Source: an uncultured Gemmatimonadales bacterium | Lineage (GTDB): Bacteria > Gemmatimonadota > Gemmatimonadetes > Gemmatimonadales > GWC2-71-9 | DNA: 64,000 bases | Direction of reading: 5' to 3' | Assembly: GCA_963779755.1 (NCBI GenBank) | Contig: CAVZZO010000001.1 | Coordinates: 448,001-512,000, forward strand | In this document: one piece after another, positions 1 through 8,038 of the stretch | Position numbering within the stretch: the stretch's first letter is position 1 | Layout: each line of letters begins with the position of its first letter | Program-made: the position numbers and the translations under genes | The notes under the pieces: model-generated | Databases searched by the model: none | Told to the model about the DNA's origin: nothing | What the model saw: only the letters and a program-made list of their open reading frames with translations

Positions 1-136
1 CATCAGCACCGCGTTCCACAAGAACTACGACGTGGATGCCGACGGGCAGCGATTCGTGATGGTCGGAACCGGCGGCATCCCGCAGGTCATCCGGATCGAC
101 AACTGGCTGGTTGATTATCCGGAGCTCCGCAAATGA
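1..136 (+). CDS. 3' end of an upstream, probably kinase-beta-propeller, gene (partial)
   Basis: Frame 2 reads ISTAFHKNYDVDADGQRFVMVGTGGIPQVIRIDNWLVDYPELRK*. This matches the YDVxxDGxRF...NW C-terminus of the downstream paralogs. Its TGA overlaps the next ATG (ATGA 133-136). Confidence 0.8.
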   Translation, partial: ISTAFHKNYDVDADGQRFVMVGTGGIPQVIRIDNWLVDYPELRK

Positions 137-2796
137 GCGAGGACATGGCCACGCTTGCGGCCGCCCTGGCCGACCGCTACACCCTCGAGCGGGAGCTGGG
201 CGCCGGCGGGATGGCCACGGTCTATCTGGCGCACGACCTCAAGCACGACCGCCAGGTGGCCATCAAGGTGCTCCGGCCGGAGCTGGCCGCCGTGATCGGG
301 GCCCAGCGCTTCCTGGCCGAGATCAAGACCACGGCCAACCTGCAGCACCCCCATATCCTGGCCCTGTTCGACTCGGGCGAGGTGGGCGGCACCGTCTTCT
401 ACGTCATGCCGTTCGTGGAAGGCGAGTCGCTGCGCGACCGGCTCACCCGCGAGCACCAGCTGCCGGTGGGCGACGCGGTGCGCATCGCCACGGAGGTGGC
501 GAGCGCCCTCGATTATGCCCATCGCCACGGGGTGATCCACCGGGACATCAAGCCGGAGAACATCCTGCTGCACGACGGGCAGGCGCTGGTGGCCGACTTC
601 GGGATCGCGCTGGCGGTAAGCCGTTCCGAGGGCGGTACCCGGATGACCGAGACCGGGATGTCGCTGGGCACGCCGCACTACATGAGTCCGGAACAGGCCA
701 TGGGGGAGCGGGAGATCACCGCCCGGACCGATGTTTACGCCCTGGGCTGCGTGCTGTACGAGATGCTGGTGGGCGAGCCGCCCTTCTCCGGTCCCACGGC
801 GCAGGCGATTATCGCCCGGGTGATGACCGAAGAGCCGCGCTCGCTCACTATCCAGCGGCGGTCGGTTCCCGAGAACGTCGAAGCAGCGGTCTTTACCGCG
901 CTGGAGAAGCTGCCGGCGGACCGCTTCGCATCGGCCGCCGAGTTCGCCGCCGCCCTGGCCTCTGACGGGATCACCACCCGGCGGGTCACCCGCGCGATGC
1001 CTTCGGTACGGCAGCGCGGACTGCGCTCGCGCTGGATCGCGCCGGCCGCCGTCGTGGTGCTCGGCGTCGCCGCGCTGTGGGGCTGGCTCCGTCCCGGTCC
1101 CGCCCAGGTTCCCAGCCGGCAGCGGGTGGTCCTCTGGCGCACCACGGCCGCGGATTTCCTCAGTCCCAGCGCCCTGCGCATCGAGTCCCGGGTCGCCATC
1201 TCGCCCGACGGGGCCTGGATCGTCTTTGCCGACTCGGCCGGCGGCGACACCCAGCTCTTCCTCAAGGGACGCAACGAGCGCAGTGCCACGCCGATTGCGG
1301 GCACTGAGGGCGCCGCCAGTCCTTTCTTCTCGCCCGATGGAGAGTGGATCGGGTATCTGACCCACGGCAAGCTCCGCAAGGTGCGCGTCTCCGGCGGCGG
1401 CTCGATTCAGCTTGCCACCACCGGAAACACGACATATGAGGTTGGCACCTGGCTGGACGACGGGACCATCGCCTTTACCGACAACAGCGGCGGCATGTCC
1501 CGCGTCCCGGCCGAAGGTGGAGCGGTCACGGTCCTGCGCGCGCCGAGGAAGGACCACCGCGACGATCCCTCGGCTCTCTCCCCACTGCCGGGGAGCCGGG
1601 GCGTGCTCTTTACCGGCTGTCCCGGCAATTGCGCCAGCGCCTCGGCGCTGTACGCCTACGACATCCGGCGCGATACCACGCTGCTCCTGGTGCCCGATGC
1701 GGCGGGTGGGTGGTATTCGCCCACCGGCCACCTGCTCTACGTCAGCCGGGCTGGCGGGCTGTTCGCGGTGGGATTCGACCTGAAGCACATGAAGGTTACC
1801 TCGGGTGCCGTGTCCGTCGCCGACAGCGTGGCGCCGAATGGGCTGACCTTGTCCGCTTCCGGCACGGCGTTGCTCACCTTCGGCACCGAGAACTTCGACG
1901 GCTCGACGCTGGACTGGGTGTCCCGCGATGGAACCCAGGAGCCCTTCGCTCCCGACTGGACGGGAAACTTCGAGTATCCCGCCCTGGCGCCCGACGGCAG
2001 AACCGTCGCGGTGAGTATCCGGAATGGTGTGACGAAGCTCTGGATCCGCCGCGCGGATGGATCGCGGATCCGCGTAACGCACGGCGACCTGGGGAGCTGG
2101 CGGCCCAGTTTCAGCCCGGACGGGCGCAGCTTCGCCTTCATTACGGCCGACGGCGCCACATCCGATTCGGGGGCCAAGGACGCGTATCTCAGCCCGGCCG
2201 ACGGCAGCACCCCGCCGCGGCTCCTGCTCGATATGGTACCGGGGATCTGGGAGGTCGAGTTCAGCCGGGATGGGCAGTGGGAACTGTTCCGAACCGACGA
2301 TGCGGCATCGTACGGGGTGTTCTACGCCCGCCGCCTGCACGGCGATACCACCCTGCGCCTGATCCATTCGGACAGCAGCTTCAACACTCAGATGGCGCTT
2401 TCGCCCGACAGCAAGTGGCTGGCCTTCACCTCCGACCATTCAGGGCACTCGGAGGTCTATGTCGCGTCGTTCCCCGACATGCAGATCAAGTATCCCGTGT
2501 CGCAGGGCGGCGGGACCGAGCCTCGCTGGGCCCATAGCGGGCGGGAGCTCTTCTTCAAGAGCCACGGCCAGCTGATGAGCCTTCCGGTGAGGCCGGGCGC
2601 CGGGTTCTCCCCGGGGAGTGCCCGGCCGCTCTTTCCGGTCGGGCAATACGCCGATGCCATCAACCGGCAGCAGTATGACGTCAGTCCGGACGATCGCCGC
2701 TTCCTGATGATTCGCCGCCCGGCCAGCAGTGGCCGGCAGGAGGTGGTACTGGTGGAGCATTTCTTCGAGGACCTCAGGTCCAAGGTGAAGCCGTGA
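133..2796 (+). CDS. Hanks-type Ser/Thr kinase + TM + TolB/PD40-like beta-propeller
   Basis: GAGGMATVY, VAIK, HRDIKPEN, DFG and GTPHYMSPEQ motifs; hydrophobic WIAPAAVVVLGVAALWGWL; repeated SPDG/W blades. Confidence 0.93.
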   Translation: MSEDMATLAAALADRYTLERELGAGGMATVYLAHDLKHDRQVAIKVLRPELAAVIGAQRFLAEIKTTANLQHPHILALFDSGEVGGTVFYVMPFVEGESLRDRLTREHQLPVGDAVRIATEVASALDYAHRHGVIHRDIKPENILLHDGQALVADFGIALAVSRSEGGTRMTETGMSLGTPHYMSPEQAMGEREITARTDVYALGCVLYEMLVGEPPFSGPTAQAIIARVMTEEPRSLTIQRRSVPENVEAAVFTALEKLPADRFASAAEFAAALASDGITTRRVTRAMPSVRQRGLRSRWIAPAAVVVLGVAALWGWLRPGPAQVPSRQRVVLWRTTAADFLSPSALRIESRVAISPDGAWIVFADSAGGDTQLFLKGRNERSATPIAGTEGAASPFFSPDGEWIGYLTHGKLRKVRVSGGGSIQLATTGNTTYEVGTWLDDGTIAFTDNSGGMSRVPAEGGAVTVLRAPRKDHRDDPSALSPLPGSRGVLFTGCPGNCASASALYAYDIRRDTTLLLVPDAAGGWYSPTGHLLYVSRAGGLFAVGFDLKHMKVTSGAVSVADSVAPNGLTLSASGTALLTFGTENFDGSTLDWVSRDGTQEPFAPDWTGNFEYPALAPDGRTVAVSIRNGVTKLWIRRADGSRIRVTHGDLGSWRPSFSPDGRSFAFITADGATSDSGAKDAYLSPADGSTPPRLLLDMVPGIWEVEFSRDGQWELFRTDDAASYGVFYARRLHGDTTLRLIHSDSSFNTQMALSPDSKWLAFTSDHSGHSEVYVASFPDMQIKYPVSQGGGTEPRWAHSGRELFFKSHGQLMSLPVRPGAGFSPGSARPLFPVGQYADAINRQQYDVSPDDRRFLMIRRPASSGRQEVVLVEHFFEDLRSKVKP

Positions 2797-5414
2797 GCCT
2801 CGACCGCCTCGCCGCCGCCCTGGCCGACCGCTATCGGATCGAGCGCGAGCTGGGGGCCGGCGGCATGGCCACGGTGTACCTGGCCGAGGATCTCAAGCAC
2901 GACCGGCAGGTGGCCATCAAGGTCCTGAAGCCCGAGCTGGCCGCCGTGCTCGGCGCCGAGCGCTTCGTGGTGGAGATCAAGACCACGGCAGCGTTGAGCC
3001 ATCCGCATATTCTGCCGCTGTTCGACAGTGGCCGGGCCGTCGTTCCCCCTCTCCGCGACGCGGAGAGGGGGACAGGGGGTGAGGTCTTCCTCTACTATGT
3101 GATGCCCTTCATTGAGGGGGAAACCCTCCGCGACAAGTTGAACCGGGAGGGCCAGCTCGGTATCGACGAGGCGGTGAGGATCACCACCGAGGTGGCGGAC
3201 GCGTTGGACTATGCCCACCGCCACGGGGTGATCCACCGTGACATCAAGCCGGAGAACATCCTGCTGCACGACGGCCGGCCGATGGTGGCGGATTTCGGGA
3301 TCGCGCTGGCGGTGAGCGCCGCGGCCGGCGGACGGATGACCGAGACCGGGCTCTCCCTCGGCACTCCGCACTACATGAGCCCGGAGCAGGCGACGGCGGA
3401 GAAGGAGTTGACCAACCGGTCGGACATCTACTCGCTGGGGAGCGTGCTGTACGAGATGCTGACGGGGAGCCCGCCGCACACCGGGGCCTCGGTGCAGCAG
3501 ATCATCATGAAGATCGTGGCGGAGGATCCGGCACCGGTCACGGCGTTCCGGAAGAGTGTGCCGCCTAATGTGGCGGCCGCGGTGGGGAAGGCGCTGGAGA
3601 AGGTGCCGGCCGACCGGTTTGCGACGGCGAAGGAGTTTGCCGACGCGCTGGCGAATGTCCACTTCACCACGGAGGCGGCAGCAGCGGGCGCCGCAGGCGG
3701 CTATCCCCAGAGCTTCCGGAGCTGGGTCCGGAGTCCCTGGTCGTGGGCCGCCGCCGTGCTGGTGGTCGCCGCCGGTGCCTGGGCGGTGAGGGCGAACCGG
3801 GGGGCGTCCGCCTTGTCCACGGCGATTTTCGAGCCATGGACCTTCGAATCGCAGTCGATCTTCAACGCCCGCTTCGCCCCCGACGGACAGACGATGGTGT
3901 TCGATGCCATGCCCGCTGTGGGCCTGACACCCCGGCTCTTCGTGATCCGGTCCGACCATCCCGATCCCGCTCCCCTAGGGCCCGACTCGACCCACCTCCT
4001 GAGTGTGTCGGGGAGTGGAAAGCTCGCGATCCTTACACACGCCACCTACGTGGCTCACCGGTTGTTCCGGGGAACACTCGCGACGATCTCCCTGGGGACC
4101 GAGGCGCCGCGCGAGCTGGCCGCCGGGGTGCGTGAAGCCGACTGGGCGCCGGACGACACCAGCCTGGCCGTCATCCGCGACAGCGCCGGTACGGACCTGC
4201 TCGAGTATCCGGTGGGGACAGTACTCGTTCGGTCACAGGGGTATCTCTCGGACCCGAGGGTCTCGCCATCGGGCGATGCCGTGGCGTACTTCGAACATCC
4301 GGCGAAGTGGGACGACCGTGGTACCGCCGTGATGGTGGACCGCGCGGGCCGCACCGAGGCGCGCTCTCCCGAATCCTGGGGGCTTGAAGGAATCGCCTGG
4401 CAGCCGGACGGCAAGGCCATCGTGTATTCCGCTGCCGGAGCGCAGCTGGCGAGCCTCTATCAGCCGCGGGAGCTGGACCGATCTGGACGCGACCGGTTGG
4501 TACTCTCCGGCCCCGGCAATCTGGTGATCCAGGACGTCTCCCGGAGCGGCCGCCTGTTGCTGACGGAAGACCGGACGCCTTACGTGCTGGTTGGGCGAGG
4601 GACGGGTGCCCCGGATGAGAAGGCCCTGGGGGTGCGCGACCTGTCAAGCGTACCGGTGATAAGCCCCGACGGCCGGCATCTGGCATTCTCGGACCAGAGC
4701 GGGTTCGGCGGTCCCAACTACACGGTGTTGTGGCGCAGCACGGACGGCTCGCCCCCGGTTCCCCTCGGCGAGGGCGGGCCAGGGGGCATCTCCGCCGACA
4801 ACGGTCTTGTCCTGGCACTCGTGTACACCAATCCCCCGAAACTCATGCTCTACCCTACGGGTCCCGGCAGGTCACGGCGCGTCGATTCGGGACAGTTCCA
4901 GTCGCTCACGAAATCCGGTGCGCTCCGGGTCTCCCCGACGGACACCACCGTGTTCTTCTGTGGTGCGGAGCCGAAGCAGGCGGGGCGCTGCTATGTCGCA
5001 AAGCTTCCCGCCGGGACCATTACCCCGGTCACACCCCCGGGAGCCTCCCCTGGATGGCTCTCGCCCGATGGGAGTAACGTGCTCGTGAGAACGAACGGCT
5101 TCACGATCTACCCCACGGATGGCGGCCCGCCGCGGCCCGCGCACGGCTTCCGTCCGGGGGACCTCCCGATCCGGTGGAGCCCGGATGGGCACGACGTCTG
5201 GGTCTGGTCGAACCCACTCGCGATTTCGCCCATTCGCATTGATCGGATCGATCCGGTGACCGGCGCGCGCGCCGCACTCGTGAGCATCGTGCCACGCGAC
5301 CCGACCGGCGTGCGGCAACTCGGCTTCCTGACCCTGGCCGATGACCCGCACGGCTATGCATTCGTCGAATATCCCTACGTGTCGCGGCTCTTCACTGTGG
5401 ACGGGGTCCGGTGA
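2793..5414 (+). CDS. Ser/Thr kinase + TM + beta-propeller, with in-frame palindromic insert
   Basis: Complete kinase motifs, TM WSWAAAVLVVAAGAWAV, SPDG repeats; GTGA overlap with the previous gene. Confidence 0.92.
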   Translation: MSLDRLAAALADRYRIERELGAGGMATVYLAEDLKHDRQVAIKVLKPELAAVLGAERFVVEIKTTAALSHPHILPLFDSGRAVVPPLRDAERGTGGEVFLYYVMPFIEGETLRDKLNREGQLGIDEAVRITTEVADALDYAHRHGVIHRDIKPENILLHDGRPMVADFGIALAVSAAAGGRMTETGLSLGTPHYMSPEQATAEKELTNRSDIYSLGSVLYEMLTGSPPHTGASVQQIIMKIVAEDPAPVTAFRKSVPPNVAAAVGKALEKVPADRFATAKEFADALANVHFTTEAAAAGAAGGYPQSFRSWVRSPWSWAAAVLVVAAGAWAVRANRGASALSTAIFEPWTFESQSIFNARFAPDGQTMVFDAMPAVGLTPRLFVIRSDHPDPAPLGPDSTHLLSVSGSGKLAILTHATYVAHRLFRGTLATISLGTEAPRELAAGVREADWAPDDTSLAVIRDSAGTDLLEYPVGTVLVRSQGYLSDPRVSPSGDAVAYFEHPAKWDDRGTAVMVDRAGRTEARSPESWGLEGIAWQPDGKAIVYSAAGAQLASLYQPRELDRSGRDRLVLSGPGNLVIQDVSRSGRLLLTEDRTPYVLVGRGTGAPDEKALGVRDLSSVPVISPDGRHLAFSDQSGFGGPNYTVLWRSTDGSPPVPLGEGGPGGISADNGLVLALVYTNPPKLMLYPTGPGRSRRVDSGQFQSLTKSGALRVSPTDTTVFFCGAEPKQAGRCYVAKLPAGTITPVTPPGASPGWLSPDGSNVLVRTNGFTIYPTDGGPPRPAHGFRPGDLPIRWSPDGHDVWVWSNPLAISPIRIDRIDPVTGARAALVSIVPRDPTGVRQLGFLTLADDPHGYAFVEYPYVSRLFTVDGVR
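3044..3084. repeat. REP-like palindromic element inside a kinase CDS
   Basis: TCCCCCTCTCCGC-gac-GCGGAGAGGGGGA (13-bp stem) followed by CAGGGGGTGAGG; a second copy lies at 13732-13772. Confidence 0.85.
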
Positions 5415-8038
5415 GCGACGTGCCTGCCCGCCTCGCCGCCGCCCTGGCCGACCGCTACCGGATCGAGCGCGAGCTGGGCCAGGGCGGCATGGCCACCGTC
5501 TACCTGGCCCAGGACCTGAAGCACGACCGCAGGGTGGCCATCAAGGTCCTGAAGCCCGAACTCGCGGCGGTGCTGGGCGCCGAGCGGTTTGTCCAGGAGA
5601 TCAAGACCACCGCGGCGCTGAGCCACCCGCATATCCTGCCTTTGTTTGACAGCGGGCGGGCGGGCGGTCAGGCGGACGGGCGGTCGGATGACTTCCTGTA
5701 CTACGTCATGCCCTATATCGAGGGGGAGACCCTTCGCGACAAGCTGGACCGGGAAGCCCAGCTCGGCATCCACGAGGCGGTCAAGATCGCCACCGAAGTG
5801 GCCGACGCGCTGGACTATGCGCACCGGCACGGGGTGATCCATCGCGACATCAAGCCGGAGAACATCCTGCTGCACGACGGCCGGCCCATGGTGGCCGATT
5901 TCGGGATCGCCCTGGCGGTGAGCGCCGCGGCGGGCGGCCGGATGACCGAGACGGGCCTGTCCCTCGGCACACCGCATTACATGTCGCCCGAACAGGCGAC
6001 GGCCGAGAAAGAGCTCACCAGCCGTTCGGACATCTACTCGCTCGGCGCGGTGCTGTACGAGATGCTGACCGGCGATCCGCCGCACACCGGGGCCACGGTG
6101 CAGCAGATCATCATGAAGATCGTGACCGAGGACCCCGCCCCGGTCACCAAGGCGCGCCGGTCGGTTCCGCCCAATGTGGCGGCGGCGGTGAGCCAGGCGC
6201 TGGAGAAGGTACCGGCCGACCGGTTCGACTCCGCCAAGGCGTTCGCCGAGGCGCTGGCGGATCCCCACTTCAGGACCGCGCGCTCCGGCGCGGGTGGCGC
6301 GTTGTCGCCCACCGCGCCGGGCTTCCGGCCCTTGCTGCGCAGTCCCTGGTGGTGGGGCACGGTCGCGGTGGCCGCGGGAGCGGTACTGCTGGCCGTCGCC
6401 CTGCCCCGCCATGGGGCACCGGCCTCGGCGCCGTGGTTCACGGCCCAGACGTTCGATGCGCGTACGATCTTCAATGCGCGCTTCATGCCCGATGGGAAGA
6501 CGATGGTGTTCAGCGGCACGCCCGACGTTGGAACGGAGTCGCACCTGTACGTCATCCGGCCCGATCATCCGGACCCCGCCGCCTTCGGACCGGATTCGAC
6601 ACACCTGCTGAACGTCTCACAGGCCGGTGAGCTCGCCGTCCTCACGCATGCACGCTACGTCGGACGGCACCGGCTCTTTACCGGCACGCTGGCGACCCTG
6701 TCGCTTGGGGGCGAGGCGCCCCACGAGGTGACGACCGGCGTGCGCGAGGCCGATTGGGGTCCGGACGGGAAGAGCATGGCGGTGATTCGGGACAGCAGCG
6801 GCACCGACCTGCTGGAGTACCCGGTGGGGACGGTCCTGGTCCGGTCCCAGGGCTATCTGTCCGACCCCAGGATCTCGCCCTCGGGAGACGCGATCGCGTA
6901 TCTCCAGCACCCCGCCAGGTTCGACGACCGCGGGTATGCCGTCATCGCCGACCGTGCGGGGCAACCGCTGGTACGGTCGGGAGACTACCCCAGCATCGAA
7001 GGGATCGCGTGGCGGCCGGACGGGAGGAGCATCCTGTACTCGGCCGCGGGCGACGCAAGTGCCGGCGTTGCCGGCTACGCGCTGCGTGAGCTCGCCCGGT
7101 CGGGGCAGGACCGCTGGGCCCTCTCCGGCACGGGCGGCCTGACGGTACAGGACGTCTCCCCGCAGGGCCGGGTGCTGCTTACCGATGACCGGCAAATGTA
7201 CCGCGTCGTCGGGCGGGGGCCGGGCGCCACCGAGGAGACGAACCTCGGGGTGCGTAACCTTTCGGCCCGGCCGGTCCTCAGCCGGGACGGACGGTATCTC
7301 ATGTTCAGCGACATGAGCGTCACGGGAGGTTCCCACTATTCGGTGCTGCGCCGTGGCACGAACGGCTCGCCGCCGGGCCGCCTCGGCGAGGGAACGCCGC
7401 TGGCGGTGTCCCCGGACGGCGGGCTCGTTCTGGCCGGGGTGATCACCACGCCCCCCAGGCTCATGCTCTACCCGACGGGGCCGGGCACGGCGCGCCGCAT
7501 TGACGCCGGACAGTTGCAGGCATTCGACGCGTCCGCCGGTGACGTTCGCCTCGCCGGGAGCGACACCATCGCGTTCTTCTGCGGCACGGAGTCGGAGCAG
7601 GCCGGGCGTTGTTACGTTGACTCGCTGCCGCGGGGAATCCTCACCCCGGTCACGCCGCTCGGAACGTCGCAGGGAATCGTCTCGCCGGACGGCCGCAGTG
7701 TGCTGGCCCAGGTCGGCGACAGTGTGGCGCTCTATCCGCTGGGGGGAGGGGCGCCACGCCGGGCGCTCGGCGTCCGTCCCGGAGACTATCTGGTGCGCTG
7801 GAGCCCGGATGGACGGGAGGTCTGGGTATGGGCCAATTCCGGGTCGGTCGCGCCCCCGCATTTCGACCGCATCGATCCCCTGACCGGTGAGCGTGGCCCG
7901 CTGTTCACTGCCGCCTCCCGCGATCTCGGCGGGGTGCGCGGCATGTTCTGGCCGACCCTGGCCGACGATCCGCAGGTGTACGCGTACGACCAGTTGGTCT
8001 ACACATCGCTGCTCTACACCGTGGACAGTCTGCGATGA
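5411..8038 (+). CDS. Ser/Thr kinase + TM + beta-propeller (close paralog of 2793..5414)
   Basis: Kinase motifs; ectodomain collinear with the preceding gene (IFNARF, GPDSTHLL, GVREADW, YPVGTVLVRSQGYLSDPR). Confidence 0.92.
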   Translation: MSDVPARLAAALADRYRIERELGQGGMATVYLAQDLKHDRRVAIKVLKPELAAVLGAERFVQEIKTTAALSHPHILPLFDSGRAGGQADGRSDDFLYYVMPYIEGETLRDKLDREAQLGIHEAVKIATEVADALDYAHRHGVIHRDIKPENILLHDGRPMVADFGIALAVSAAAGGRMTETGLSLGTPHYMSPEQATAEKELTSRSDIYSLGAVLYEMLTGDPPHTGATVQQIIMKIVTEDPAPVTKARRSVPPNVAAAVSQALEKVPADRFDSAKAFAEALADPHFRTARSGAGGALSPTAPGFRPLLRSPWWWGTVAVAAGAVLLAVALPRHGAPASAPWFTAQTFDARTIFNARFMPDGKTMVFSGTPDVGTESHLYVIRPDHPDPAAFGPDSTHLLNVSQAGELAVLTHARYVGRHRLFTGTLATLSLGGEAPHEVTTGVREADWGPDGKSMAVIRDSSGTDLLEYPVGTVLVRSQGYLSDPRISPSGDAIAYLQHPARFDDRGYAVIADRAGQPLVRSGDYPSIEGIAWRPDGRSILYSAAGDASAGVAGYALRELARSGQDRWALSGTGGLTVQDVSPQGRVLLTDDRQMYRVVGRGPGATEETNLGVRNLSARPVLSRDGRYLMFSDMSVTGGSHYSVLRRGTNGSPPGRLGEGTPLAVSPDGGLVLAGVITTPPRLMLYPTGPGTARRIDAGQLQAFDASAGDVRLAGSDTIAFFCGTESEQAGRCYVDSLPRGILTPVTPLGTSQGIVSPDGRSVLAQVGDSVALYPLGGGAPRRALGVRPGDYLVRWSPDGREVWVWANSGSVAPPHFDRIDPLTGERGPLFTAASRDLGGVRGMFWPTLADDPQVYAYDQLVYTSLLYTVDSLR
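5655..5686. repeat. Four degenerate octamers (GGCGGNCR) inserted in a kinase CDS
   Basis: GGCGGGCG GGCGGTCA GGCGGACG GGCGGTCG; reverse complement of the TGACCGCC arrays at 44391 and 52755. Confidence 0.7.
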
